A stretch of 64,000 nt of DNA from Candidatus Peregrinibacteria bacterium (lineage in GTDB: Bacteria > Patescibacteriota > Gracilibacteria > UBA1369 > JABINC01). The position numbers and the translations under genes were made by a program. This document shows positions 27,084 through 37,308 of the stretch, in pieces (positions within the stretch are counted from its first letter, which is position 1; each line of letters starts with the position of its first letter). The notes below the pieces were generated by a model. It made no database searches and had not been told where the DNA came from. It saw only the letters and a program-made list of their open reading frames with translations. The DNA is taken from positions 6,589 to 70,588 of the forward strand of contig JAUYJN010000029.1 in the NCBI GenBank assembly GCA_030700255.1. Reading direction: 5' to 3'.

Positions 27084-28382
27084 ATGGCAAATGAAGTGAC
27101 TATTAAGAAAATCAAGGATTCTCAGGCTGAAATTAATGTAAAAGTAAGCGTTGCTGAGTTTAAGAAATACAAAGAAAAGTCTCTGAAAGAGCTTGGTAGA
27201 AACGTGAAGATCAAAGGTTTTCGCGCAGGGCATGTACCGCATGATGTACTTGAAAAACATGTTAGCAAAGAAGGTATCCTCGGTCTTGCAATTGATATGG
27301 CGCTTACTGCTTCATACCGTGAAGCTATTATTGAGCACAAAGTTGAGGTGATGAGTCGGCCAAATGTGAAAATCGAATCGGAAGATCCACTTGAATATAC
27401 AGTTACTGTAGCGATCAAGCCCGATGCGAAGGTAAAAGATTACAAGAAGATCAAAGTAGATATAAAAGAACAAAAAGTAAGCAAAAAAGAAATCGAGGAA
27501 ACTGTGCAAGATCTTCTAAAAGGGAAGGGGGAATGGCACGACACGGATAGAAATGCGAAATCCGGGGATAGGGTAGAGGTTGATTTTCAGGGGTATGATG
27601 GGACCAAAGTCGCAGAAGGTAAGGAAGTGCCAAATACTAAGAGTACAAACCATCCATTGATTCTTGGTTCAAATTCATTTGTTCCGGGTTTTGAAGATGC
27701 GATTCAAGGCATGAAAGTAGGGGATACAAAGGAATTTACTGTTACTTTCCCAAAAGATTATCACGTAGATGATTTCAAAAATAAAAAAGTTACATTCAAA
27801 GCGAACCTCAAACGTTTGGAAGAGCAAAAACTTCCGGAGTACAATGATGAATTTATAAAAGAAGCTACAAATGGCTTAAAAACCAATAAAAAAGATTTTG
27901 AGATTTACGTAGAAGAAGTGCTTTCAGATAAGAAAAAAGATGATGCCAAAGGCAAGGCCGAAGGTGAGCTTATCGAGAAAATCCTAAAAGCGACTGAGGT
28001 AGAAATCGCTCCACAGCTCATCGAACAAGAGACTGAGGTGATATTTAATGATTACAAACGTCAGATAGAATCAAAGGGTATAACTTTTGAGAAACATCTT
28101 GAGATGTCAAAGGCTGATCCGGAAGCTATGAAAAAAGAAATGGCAAAAGAGGCGGGGAAACGAGTAAAAATGCGCTTCGCACTTGATTACATCATAGAAC
28201 AAGAGAAGTTTGACGTGACAGAAAAAGAAGTGGAAAAGGAAATAGAAATGATCACATCACGTTATCCTGCAGGAGAGCATTCAAAAATAGCGGAACACTA
28301 CAAAAAAGACTCTGATAACTTTATCAGACTCAAAAACATGCTAGTTGTTGGAAAGGTATTTGAAATGTACTTTGCTAAGTAG
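27084..28382 (+). CDS. tig: trigger factor
   Basis: N-terminal ribosome-binding motif KGFRAGHVP, central FKBP-like region and C-terminal helical arm; I place the start at ATG 27084 rather than the track's GTG at 27033. Confidence 0.92.
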   Translation: MANEVTIKKIKDSQAEINVKVSVAEFKKYKEKSLKELGRNVKIKGFRAGHVPHDVLEKHVSKEGILGLAIDMALTASYREAIIEHKVEVMSRPNVKIESEDPLEYTVTVAIKPDAKVKDYKKIKVDIKEQKVSKKEIEETVQDLLKGKGEWHDTDRNAKSGDRVEVDFQGYDGTKVAEGKEVPNTKSTNHPLILGSNSFVPGFEDAIQGMKVGDTKEFTVTFPKDYHVDDFKNKKVTFKANLKRLEEQKLPEYNDEFIKEATNGLKTNKKDFEIYVEEVLSDKKKDDAKGKAEGELIEKILKATEVEIAPQLIEQETEVIFNDYKRQIESKGITFEKHLEMSKADPEAMKKEMAKEAGKRVKMRFALDYIIEQEKFDVTEKEVEKEIEMITSRYPAGEHSKIAEHYKKDSDNFIRLKNMLVVGKVFEMYFAK

Positions 28383-28446
28383 TTTGATTTCAGAGCGAAC
28401 TTTGATATACTCTTTTTAAAAGAAAAATAAATTATAACATTTTACG

Positions 28447-28695
28447 ATGCTTAAATACTTATATCTTGTTGGCGCGCTCATCACAACGGTGATAATTTTC
28501 GTGATAGCATTTGAAAACATACAAGCTCTTTGCGTGGACATGGTGATTTTTTTCACCCCAGTTAGTTCAAGTACCACGCCAACCATTTTAATTTTCTGGG
28601 TTTCAGCTTTTGGTATACTATGTGGATTCTTCTATCATGGCCTGATACATTCCATGTTTGAGAAAAAGGACGATGATGAAGAAGACGATTACTAA
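28447..28695 (+). CDS. small two-TM membrane protein (LapA/DUF1049-like) with an acidic tail
   Basis: Two hydrophobic helices followed by KKDDDEEDDY. Confidence 0.5.
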   Translation: MLKYLYLVGALITTVIIFVIAFENIQALCVDMVIFFTPVSSSTTPTILIFWVSAFGILCGFFYHGLIHSMFEKKDDDEEDDY

Positions 28696-28720
28696 GAAAA
28701 TTTGAACTAAATACTTATAA

Positions 28721-28750
28721 ACAGCCTTGATTTTAAGGCTGTTTTTTTTG
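28721..28750 (+). terminator. Rho-independent terminator
   Basis: acagcctt gatttt aaggctgt followed by a run of T. Confidence 0.8.
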
Positions 28751-28914
28751 CCTAAAAATATATTTATAAAAATCCCTCATTTAATGTATAAAAAAGTTGT
28801 ACACGAGTATATATTTTATTAAAAAAATGGCTCGTTTTCATAAAGTGAAGTGCTGGATTGTTGTTTTATATAAAGGAATCCAGCGTTCGTGAACAAATTA
28901 TTTGTAAAAAGGTA

Positions 28915-28943
28915 TTGCAATTTATTTCGAAAAGATTTAAAGT
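28915..28943 (+). promoter_or_regulatory. candidate promoter for the wHTH regulator gene
   Basis: TTGCAA, 17-nt spacer, TAAAGT. Confidence 0.4.
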
Positions 28944-29043
28944 AGCTCTGCTGTACAAATTATGTGTACTCATAGTACGGATTTGAACATCTCTTTTGCT
29001 CACATTCAACCTTACCCCCTACTTACCTCACCCACTTAGTAGA

Positions 29044-29622
29044 ATGGAAATATTAAAAGCGCTTTTCACATCGCGTACTCGAGTTAAACTTCTGACTATT
29101 TTTATGCAGAATCCGGACGGTGAGTTCTTTATAAGGGAACTTACCAGAATACTGGATGAGCAAATAAATTCTGTGAGAAGGGAGCTTGATAGTTTGCGAA
29201 AAACAGGGTTGCTTCGTTCTAGGACTAAGAATAGAAAGAAATTCTACACTGTTAACAAGAATTTCATTCTTTTTAATGAGCTTCATTCTATGATTATGAA
29301 GAGTTTAAGCTCAAAAGAGGGCTTAGTTAAGAAAATTGGCAAGTTGGGAGATATCGAATTCCTACTTCTTTCCGGAGCTTTCCTGGGAAGGAATTCAAAT
29401 TGCGATCTGTTACTTGTAGGTAAAGTGAATAAATCTGAATTGGAAAAACTTTTAGATGAAGAAGGTGATACTAAGGAACCTATAAAGTTTAGTATCATGA
29501 GTAAAGAAGACTTCTTGTATAGAATCAAATGTAATGATAAGTTTATAAAGGATTTAGTACAAGATTCTACAAATATAGTCGGTATCAACAAACTTGCAAA
29601 ACATATTGAATCGGTAGAGTAA
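29044..29622 (+). CDS. winged-helix (ArsR-like) transcriptional regulator with an extra C-terminal domain
   Basis: ILKALFTSRTRVKLLTIFMQNPDGEFFIRELTRILDEQINSVRRELDSLRKTGLL is a typical ArsR/wHTH layout; start placed at ATG 29044. Confidence 0.65.
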   Translation: MEILKALFTSRTRVKLLTIFMQNPDGEFFIRELTRILDEQINSVRRELDSLRKTGLLRSRTKNRKKFYTVNKNFILFNELHSMIMKSLSSKEGLVKKIGKLGDIEFLLLSGAFLGRNSNCDLLLVGKVNKSELEKLLDEEGDTKEPIKFSIMSKEDFLYRIKCNDKFIKDLVQDSTNIVGINKLAKHIESVE

Positions 29623-29650
29623 GCGCAGTAAATGACAAATCATTCAAAGT

Positions 29651-29698
29651 AACGGAAAAATATTGCTCTCTCTCCAGAATATTTTTCCGTTTTTTTTG
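29651..29698 (+). terminator. strong Rho-independent terminator
   Basis: Perfect 14-bp stem aacggaaaaatatt / aatatttttccgtt, 13-nt loop, then T7. Confidence 0.85.
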
Positions 29699-30068
29699 GA
29701 TCAACGGATTTTTTCTATGAGAAAATTTTGGAGTGACGGAAGTGTGGTGGGATTGATCGTTTGCAGAGAAGTTTTTAGCCGCTTTTTTACGATTTTTCGC
29801 AGCATTGGTATGAAATATTTCATATATATATAGCTATAACATCGCCAATAAGTAAGTTAGTTTTTTTTCTGTATGGCATATTATTCACTACGACACACTT
29901 TAAGGGTAAGCTAATACTCACTATGTAATATTTGGGTTTTTGTGCAAGTTAAAGTTGTAGTTTTTGGCTTAAAGCTAGCCTTTTTTGGCATTTAAGGCTT
30001 GACCCAAAATGGTGAGTGAATGGTATTATTTTTTTGTAAAAACAGCTTTATTTTTTAATCAAAAAACC

Positions 30069-30965
30069 ATGGGAAATATAACAAAGTTTACAGATAGAAA
30101 ATTACTTTATCTTTGTAAAGAATATGGTGATCAAACGCTACTTTGGCGACGAAAGTTCATCGGGCTTTTGCCGGAAGTAAATAGAAGAGGGTTGTATGAA
30201 CGGAAGGGGTTCTCATCAATTGTTGAATTTGGCAAACGCATGGCAGGTTTGAGCGAAGCTCAAATCCGCCTCGCTATAAACCTCGAAAAACGTTTTGAAG
30301 ACAAGCCAGTCCTCAAATCGATGCTAGTGGCTGGCGAGGTCAGCATCAATAAACTAGCTCGTGTCGTTTCACTCGCAAGTTCAGAAAATGAAGAATTGCT
30401 GGCGCAGAGCGCAAAGGTTTTGTCAAAGTCTTCACTTGAAGTTTTTGTAAGAGATATACGACTTGCAAGAAATAACGGCGTTGAGAATAGCCAGACCTTG
30501 CAAAATCAAAACGGCTTGTTTGAGCCGCAAATCGAACCAAAAAGTCTGCCCGGGCATACTTTAAATTTATCAAATGAAGTGGTTGGAAAGCTGCTTGATC
30601 TTCAAAATAAGGGCATAGATTTGAATAAAATTCTTCTTGAATTACTTAAGAAACATGATGAGGGGATTATTGAAAATAAGGCGAAAGAAAGCGAAAAAAC
30701 GCTTGCTAAAGAGGAAAAAAGAAAGGCAGATGGCAAAGGCTCATCGAAGTATATGAGCGTCGGAATCAAAGAGGTGCTGAAAGCGGAATTTGGAGATCGA
30801 TGTTCGGTCAAAGGTTGCGTAAGGGAGGCTAAACAGGTGCACCATAAAATACCGTTTTCGATTTCTGGCAGCAATGATCCGAGTATGCTCGTTCCACTTT
30901 GTCGCGAGCACCATGATATAGTGCATTCGATAAATTCGAAATATATTGAGAAAAAGCTAGGATAA
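30069..30965 (+). CDS. HNH endonuclease-domain protein, DUF222-like (paralog of 121..1257)
   Basis: GDRCSVKGC...QVHHKIPFSISGSNDP...LCREHHDIVHS; start placed at ATG 30069. Confidence 0.8.
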   Translation: MGNITKFTDRKLLYLCKEYGDQTLLWRRKFIGLLPEVNRRGLYERKGFSSIVEFGKRMAGLSEAQIRLAINLEKRFEDKPVLKSMLVAGEVSINKLARVVSLASSENEELLAQSAKVLSKSSLEVFVRDIRLARNNGVENSQTLQNQNGLFEPQIEPKSLPGHTLNLSNEVVGKLLDLQNKGIDLNKILLELLKKHDEGIIENKAKESEKTLAKEEKRKADGKGSSKYMSVGIKEVLKAEFGDRCSVKGCVREAKQVHHKIPFSISGSNDPSMLVPLCREHHDIVHSINSKYIEKKLG

Positions 30966-31120
30966 AAATAAGTAAAAATACGCGCATTTAAGTTTTAAAA
31001 AGCTGAGCTGAAATATGTAAAGCGAATGCTAGCAAGTATAAAAAAAACGCCGTGAATCAAACTACGTTTATAATTATCAACTATTTATTCATAGAAATTT
31101 TCCGTTGATCGTTTTTTTGC

Positions 31121-31149
31121 TTGCATGTTCAATTTCACGTCTATATAAT
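31121..31149 (+). promoter_or_regulatory. near-consensus promoter for rplS-rnhB
   Basis: TTGCAT, 17-nt spacer, TATAAT (31144-31149). Confidence 0.55.
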
Positions 31150-31182
31150 CGGCCTGCTTTAAATTTTGACGTACACAAAAAA

Positions 31183-31761
31183 ATGAATCAAATACTAACG
31201 AAAAAAATAAGTCTGAGTTCTCTTAAGTCAAACGTGCCTGACCTTCGTCCAGGACACACCGTTCGTGTATCTCAAAAGATCAAAGAAGGAGATAAAGAAC
31301 GTTTACAAATTTTTGAAGGATTGATAATCAAGGTAAGTAGTGGACATGGGGTAAATAAGACATTTACAGTACGTAAGATAGTTAGCGGAGTTGGTGTTGA
31401 GAAGATCTTCCCACTTCATTCAACTACTATAAGTAAAATCGAAGTTGTTAAAAAAGCGAAAGTTAGAAGAGCTAAGCTTTATTACATGAGAGATCTAACA
31501 GGTAAAAGCGCTCGTCTAAAAGAAACTTACTATGGAGAGAATGATGAGATGGCAATGGATTCATCTGCACACGAAGAAGATATTTTAGAAGAAGAACCGG
31601 TCATAGAGGAAGAGGTGGTTGCTGAAGAGAAGGCTGAAGAAGCTCCAGCGGAAGCTGAAGAAAAAGAAGAGGTTGTGGAAGAAGAAAAGGCAGAGGAAGT
31701 TGTAGAGGAAGCACCTGCGGTAGAGGCTACTGAAGAAGAGAAGAAGGAAGACAATGCCTAA
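31183..31761 (+). CDS. rplS: 50S ribosomal protein L19 with a ~78-aa acidic C-terminal extension
   Basis: LRPGHTVRVSQKIKEGDKERLQIFEGLII...FTVRKI..GVGVEKIFPLHS is the L19 core; the tail is a Glu/Ala/Val low-complexity run. Confidence 0.93.
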   Translation: MNQILTKKISLSSLKSNVPDLRPGHTVRVSQKIKEGDKERLQIFEGLIIKVSSGHGVNKTFTVRKIVSGVGVEKIFPLHSTTISKIEVVKKAKVRRAKLYYMRDLTGKSARLKETYYGENDEMAMDSSAHEEDILEEEPVIEEEVVAEEKAEEAPAEAEEKEEVVEEEKAEEVVEEAPAVEATEEEKKEDNA

Positions 31762-32338
31762 GGTGTTGTTTGAAGCCGGTATCGATGAGGCGGGTAGGGG
31801 CCCATGGGCAGGTCCACTTTTTGCTGCATGTGTTATTTTGCCAGCAAATCACGGCATAAAAGGCTTGGATGATTCAAAAAAGTTATCAGAAGCCGCTCGT
31901 GAAAGGCTTTATCCGGAGATTACGGATAAGACTTATTTTTATATAGCAAAATGTTCTGAGAAATTTATAGATAAACATGGCCTGCGCAAGGCCTGTAAAT
32001 CCGTTTTCAAAAAAGCATACAAAGGACTTTTGTCTAAATATAAAGAGATTTCGATCAGTGAGCTATTGATAGATGGGCGTGACAACTTTGAATTTGATAT
32101 AAAGGCTACATATATTATCAAAGGAGATAGTAAAATCCCTTGTATTTCAGCAGCTTCTATCTTGGCAAAGGTGTCGCGTGATCATTATATGCAAAAAATG
32201 CACAAAAAGTACCCTGAATACGACTTTTTGAGTCATAAGGGGTATGGAACAAGAACTCATAAAAAACTACTTGAGAAGCACGGTATATGCGAAATTCATA
32301 GAAAGACCTACAAACCTATCGCAGACATGCTAAAATAG
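31754..32338 (+). CDS. rnhB: ribonuclease HII
   Basis: AGIDEAGRGPWAGPLFAACV ... DDSKKL motifs; 8-nt overlap with rplS. Confidence 0.9.
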   Translation: MPKVLFEAGIDEAGRGPWAGPLFAACVILPANHGIKGLDDSKKLSEAARERLYPEITDKTYFYIAKCSEKFIDKHGLRKACKSVFKKAYKGLLSKYKEISISELLIDGRDNFEFDIKATYIIKGDSKIPCISAASILAKVSRDHYMQKMHKKYPEYDFLSHKGYGTRTHKKLLEKHGICEIHRKTYKPIADMLK

Positions 32339-32361
32339 TAGCAATTATTCATATATAGAAT

Positions 32362-33393
32362 ATGGGAAATTACATTGTTTGTGGTAACTATGGGGCGAAT
32401 AACATTGGAGATGAAGCAATTCTTGAAGGTTTGTTATACGTGTTAAAACAATCTGATTCTGACGCGAAATTTATAGTGATGAGTGGTAATCCGGAGGAAA
32501 CAAAAGATATCCATGGGGTTGAAGCGGTTAAATTCTTCCCATCAGGACTTAGATCACTACTGAATTTCGCTACAATTAAGGCTACTTTAAACGCATATAA
32601 AAAATCTGACACATTCGTACTTGGTGGAGGAGGGCTGTTTACTGACCATAGTTCTCTCAAAGCAGTCTGGATATGGTTTATACAAACGCTCCTTGCAAAG
32701 ATATACGGCAAGAAAATAGTAATGATAGGCCAATCAGTAGGGCCTTTGGATTCAAAAATAGCCAGATTTATTACTAAGACAGTTTTTTCATGGGCGAGCT
32801 CAATATCTGTAAGGGATGAATCTTCAAAAAAAGTATTATCTGACATTGGTGTGAATTTAGAAGTCGAGATGAGAGGTGACTTGGCTATGAATTTAACTGA
32901 AATTTATAAGGATATTTTACTAGAGAAAAAGACTGCACAACTTGATCAGAAAACTTACTCGGTGGTCAATTTAAAATACATAGGTCGAACAAATAATGTG
33001 TACGAGCAAGAGGTGGTTAAATTCATTGAGTTCTTGATTAATCAAAGTACACAAGAGGTTTACCTTAAGCCATTTGGGGCTGGGCAAATTTCTGACGAGA
33101 AATACTTGAACAAATTAATTGTACAATATAACTTGGATAAAAATAAGGTTCATGTACATACTGATTACTCACTTAAAGGCACATTAAAATTACTCACAAA
33201 CGCAGAATTTGTACTGGGTATGAGGCTACATTCTTTGATTCTTTCAAGGGTATGTAGAGTGCCATTTATCGGATTAAATTATCATGATAAAGTGAGAGAT
33301 TATTTTAAGAATTCATCTCAAATATTAGATCTCGACAAAATAACTTACGAAAAATTACGTAGTTGCTATGAGGAAGTAATAAAAGATAAATAA
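32362..33393 (+). CDS. polysaccharide pyruvyl transferase family protein (CsaB-like)
   Basis: N-terminal GNYGANNIGDEAILEG and the overall layout are typical of PS_pyruv_trans. Confidence 0.7.
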   Translation: MGNYIVCGNYGANNIGDEAILEGLLYVLKQSDSDAKFIVMSGNPEETKDIHGVEAVKFFPSGLRSLLNFATIKATLNAYKKSDTFVLGGGGLFTDHSSLKAVWIWFIQTLLAKIYGKKIVMIGQSVGPLDSKIARFITKTVFSWASSISVRDESSKKVLSDIGVNLEVEMRGDLAMNLTEIYKDILLEKKTAQLDQKTYSVVNLKYIGRTNNVYEQEVVKFIEFLINQSTQEVYLKPFGAGQISDEKYLNKLIVQYNLDKNKVHVHTDYSLKGTLKLLTNAEFVLGMRLHSLILSRVCRVPFIGLNYHDKVRDYFKNSSQILDLDKITYEKLRSCYEEVIKDK

Positions 33394-33395
33394 TT

Positions 33396-34337
33396 TTATT
33401 CTTCTAAATTCACTTCTTTATTGAAAGCTTTTTTTAAGCGTTCGTTAAATTCTTCAAGTTCGAAGTAATGATTTTGAGTTCCATATTCTTCTATGGCAAA
33501 GCTTGCTATAGTTGCTGCCATTTGCCCTGTTAATTCCCAGTCAAAACCACAGATCATTCCGGATATTATGCCCGCTCTATACGCATCCCCAACGCCTGTT
33601 GGATCAACGACTTCTTTTGGCTTAGCAATACCTATATGTATATGTTTACCAAGATTGAAAATATCCGATCCTTTTGCTCCTCTTGTGATTATAAGAGTTG
33701 GGATTTTTTGGATCAATTCAAGGTCAGAAAGACCTGTTTTTTGTTTTATAATATCAAATTCATAAGAATTCACTATAACAACTTGCGCTCTTCTCATACC
33801 GTGGAGTAATTCTTCCTTTAATAAGGCTGTGACTTGCTGCCCCGGATCAAATATAAAAGGTGTGTTTTCTTCACAATAATTAACTGCTTGCATCATCCAA
33901 TCAACATCTTCCGGGGATATAATTGCCAAATTATATGTAGATGAAGCATGGGGTTTAAATTTATCATCCTTCTTCATAGCTCCCGGATAAAAAGATGTAA
34001 TCTGGTTACCGGCAGAATCTGATGTTATGTAGGCAATAGCTGTATCCAGATCATCATGAATATGAATATGGTCTGTATTGATACCATTTTCCGTAAGCCA
34101 TTCTTCATAATCACCAAAATCTCTACCGGCACGACCTATCAAATCCGTATCCTCACCAAGTAAACTTAAATTATATGCAATATTACCACCACAACCACCA
34201 AATTCTTTTTCTTTCGTATCAATCAAAAAAGAAACATTAAGATGATCCAATTTCCCTTGGATTAGATGGTCTGTAAATTTCCCTTCATGGGTCATTATGA
34301 TGTCGTATGCGAGCGAACCTGTAACGAGTATAGCCAT
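33396..34337 (-). CDS. PfkB-family carbohydrate/nucleoside kinase
   Basis: GGCGGN near the N-terminus and the DPTGVGDAYRAG PfkB signature 2. Confidence 0.85.
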   Translation of the reverse strand: MAILVTGSLAYDIIMTHEGKFTDHLIQGKLDHLNVSFLIDTKEKEFGGCGGNIAYNLSLLGEDTDLIGRAGRDFGDYEEWLTENGINTDHIHIHDDLDTAIAYITSDSAGNQITSFYPGAMKKDDKFKPHASSTYNLAIISPEDVDWMMQAVNYCEENTPFIFDPGQQVTALLKEELLHGMRRAQVVIVNSYEFDIIKQKTGLSDLELIQKIPTLIITRGAKGSDIFNLGKHIHIGIAKPKEVVDPTGVGDAYRAGIISGMICGFDWELTGQMAATIASFAIEEYGTQNHYFELEEFNERLKKAFNKEVNLEE

Positions 34338-34373
34338 GGTATTTATACTAAAAAGTAGATGGATTTAAGTGAG

Positions 34374-35225
34374 CTATCTGTAATTTTCAAGATAATCTTT
34401 TACGGCCTCTTGCCATGAACGGAGGAGTGGCCCTTTGTTGTTCTTTAAAATTGAATACTTTGGTCTTTTGGCCGGTCGCGGAAATTCAGAACTATCGATA
34501 GGATGAACCGGAGTCAATATAGATGAATACTCAAAAATCTTACACGTGTACTCATACCATGTGCAATCATCATTATTTGTAAGATGATAAATTCCAAATG
34601 GATATTTACCACCTGTATCTTCAAGTAATTTTATAGTGGCTTCCGCAAGATCAATAGTGAAAGTAGGGCTGCCATGCTGATCATTTACAACGGAAATAGA
34701 ATCTTTTTCTTTGGAAAGCCGAAGCATAGTTTCTACAAAATTCGGCCCCCCTGGCCCATATAGCCAGGCAGTTCTAATTATATAATACTTACCTTTATTT
34801 TCACCGAGTATATTTTCAATCTCTTCTTCTCCTTTTGCTTTAGATAAACCATAAGCATTTATCGGGTCACGCAAATCATCTTCATTGTAACTCTCCTTTG
34901 AACCATCAAATACATAATCAGTACTGTAATGAATAAGTAATACTTTGTTTTCCAAGGCGGCTTTCGCAAGGTTTTGTACGCCATGCGCATTTATATTGAG
35001 AGCAATATCAATTTCCTCTTCAGCCTTGTCTACAGCTGTATATGCCGCACAGTTCAAAACGACGTCCGGTTTGAATTCATCAAAGATTTTCTTCACAGAA
35101 GACTCATCGGTAATATCACATACATCTTTATCACACGCATAAATCTCAGCATTATGAAGAGCTTGGAGTTTGTTTTTTAAAGCGTAAGCGAGCATGCCAT
35201 TGCCACCTGTAATAAGAAATTTCAT
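34374..35225 (-). CDS. rfbD: dTDP-4-dehydrorhamnose reductase
   Basis: MKFLITGGNGMLA Rossmann motif, STDYVFDG and YGLSK catalytic motifs. Confidence 0.88.
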   Translation of the reverse strand: MKFLITGGNGMLAYALKNKLQALHNAEIYACDKDVCDITDESSVKKIFDEFKPDVVLNCAAYTAVDKAEEEIDIALNINAHGVQNLAKAALENKVLLIHYSTDYVFDGSKESYNEDDLRDPINAYGLSKAKGEEEIENILGENKGKYYIIRTAWLYGPGGPNFVETMLRLSKEKDSISVVNDQHGSPTFTIDLAEATIKLLEDTGGKYPFGIYHLTNNDDCTWYEYTCKIFEYSSILTPVHPIDSSEFPRPAKRPKYSILKNNKGPLLRSWQEAVKDYLENYR

Positions 35226-35235
35226 AGGTTACAGG

Positions 35236-37308
35236 TTAAGCCTCTTCTAGGGTTCTCATACGTGTTTCAATCTTATACGCCTTGAGTATATCGCCCATTT
35301 CTACTTTGATCTTACTCTCTAATTTGATCCCACATTCATGCCCGGAAGTAACTTCATCCACAACCTTATCTGTTTTTTGTAAGCTGGTAACTATACCATC
35401 GCCAATATGCTCTCCATTTCTTTCTATACGTACTTTAGCTCGTTTTTGCATTATACCGGAAGTCACTTTACCACCAATAATCATATCTTTTTTCTTAGTA
35501 TAGAAAATACCTCTAATCTCTAAATCTCCAAGTGCGACTTCTATTATCTCAGGTTCAAGTAAACCTGATAATAGTTTCTTAACCTCATCTAAAAGATTGT
35601 AAATAATGTCATATTTAAGAATCTGCACATTTTCTTGCTCTGCAATTCGGTCTACCTGAGCAGTTGTGTTTACATGGAAGCAAAGTATAACAGCGTGACT
35701 TGCCGCACACATATTTACATCTGACTCAGTTACATTACCAACTCCAGAGTGAATTATACGAATTCCAACATCTTTTCCTGTTATTTTAGCCAAACTCTCA
35801 GCAATTGCCTCAATCGAACCTTGTGTATCAGCTTTGAGAACTACTTTTAATGTTTTAAGTTTTCCGGATTTAATATGAGATATTAGAGTCTCCATAGATA
35901 TACCCATAGATCCGGCTATACGAGCTCTTTCAATTTGTTCGATTGAAGTTGCCTTCATCCTTGCTTCTCTTTCTCCTTGTACAACTTGTAAGATATCACC
36001 ACTTTGAGGTGCTTTAGATAGTCCTGAAATTTGCGCAGTATCCGATGGTAATAACATTTTTAATTTCTTGCCTCTGTGATCTTTCATAGTTTTAACACGA
36101 CCATATGCACTACCTATAATTATAGAATCCATAACCTTAAGTGTACCTGTATTTATCAGCACGGTTGCAACAGGGCCGAGATTCAAGTCCAAATGAGCCT
36201 CAATAACAGTACCGACAGCCGGTCTATCCGGATTTGCCTTCATGTCTTCGATATCAGCAGTAAGTAGGATCATTTCAAGTAATTGATCGATTCCGTCCCC
36301 TGTCATAGCAGAAACAGGAACGGTAATAGTTTTCCCTCCCCAATCTTCCGGCTGTAAACCGTTTTCAGTAAGTCCACCTTTTACTTTTTCCAGATTTACA
36401 TTTGGTTTGTCCATTTTTGTGATAGCCACAATAATAGGAACATTCGCTTCTTTGGCATGATTTATAGCTTCAACTGTCTGTGGCTTGATACCTTCGTCTC
36501 CGGCTACAACTAGAATCGCAATATCAGTTACTTTGGCACCGCGAGCACGCATAGCAGTAAATGCCTCATGCCCCGGAGTGTCCAAAAATGTAATTTTACG
36601 ATCATTCTTTACAACTTGATATGCACCAATATGCTGCGTAATACCGCCGGCTTCGCCGGCTACCACGTTTGTCTCGCGTATATAGTCCAATAATTTTGTC
36701 TTACCATGATCAACGTGCCCCATAATTGTAACAACGGGTGGTCTGGAAGAAAGCTTTGATTTATCAGGTTCATCTAGAAGTTTTTCCAAATTACCTTTCA
36801 TAACATCTTCAATATTAACTTCTCCACGTTTACGATCTAATTGCACACCAAATCCATCAGCCAATATTTCAAGCGTATCAAAATCAATTTGTTGATTTAT
36901 ATTTGCCAGAACACCATTCTTCATCAATTCACCAATAATTTTCGCAGGACTTATACCTGTTTTTTCCGCAAATTCTTTGACAGATATAGTATCACCAATT
37001 TCAATTGTATTTGGTCTTTCTTGTACGCTTTCATCTTCACCTTTTCTCTCTTTTTTCTTTTTTTCCTTACCGGCCATCTGTTTACGCTGACTTTTAACCA
37101 ATTCTTTATCCATCTCTTTGGCCGTGAGCTCATCATACATCCCGACTATATCTCCATCAGATTTCAATTCTTCCTCAACCAAATCAGCAATATCTTCCTC
37201 AAGGCCCTTAACCTCATCATACTCAAAACCAAGATCATCCAGCTTTATTTTGAGTTCGGCTGCATTGATACCTATACGTTTCGCAAGACTTTCTAGAGTG
37301 ACAAACAT
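35236..37308 (-). CDS. infB: translation initiation factor IF-2
   Basis: G-domain [20 protein letters not shown] and the conserved C-terminal domains; start placed at ATG 37308. Confidence 0.95.
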   Translation of the reverse strand: MFVTLESLAKRIGINAAELKIKLDDLGFEYDEVKGLEEDIADLVEEELKSDGDIVGMYDELTAKEMDKELVKSQRKQMAGKEKKKKERKGEDESVQERPNTIEIGDTISVKEFAEKTGISPAKIIGELMKNGVLANINQQIDFDTLEILADGFGVQLDRKRGEVNIEDVMKGNLEKLLDEPDKSKLSSRPPVVTIMGHVDHGKTKLLDYIRETNVVAGEAGGITQHIGAYQVVKNDRKITFLDTPGHEAFTAMRARGAKVTDIAILVVAGDEGIKPQTVEAINHAKEANVPIIVAITKMDKPNVNLEKVKGGLTENGLQPEDWGGKTITVPVSAMTGDGIDQLLEMILLTADIEDMKANPDRPAVGTVIEAHLDLNLGPVATVLINTGTLKVMDSIIIGSAYGRVKTMKDHRGKKLKMLLPSDTAQISGLSKAPQSGDILQVVQGEREARMKATSIEQIERARIAGSMGISMETLISHIKSGKLKTLKVVLKADTQGSIEAIAESLAKITGKDVGIRIIHSGVGNVTESDVNMCAASHAVILCFHVNTTAQVDRIAEQENVQILKYDIIYNLLDEVKKLLSGLLEPEIIEVALGDLEIRGIFYTKKKDMIIGGKVTSGIMQKRAKVRIERNGEHIGDGIVTSLQKTDKVVDEVTSGHECGIKLESKIKVEMGDILKAYKIETRMRTLEEA

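Noticed and set aside
33300-33500. A dif/XerCD site at the orientation switch
   Set aside because: No CATAA-N6-TTATG-like imperfect palindrome was found there or at other candidate positions I scanned by eye.
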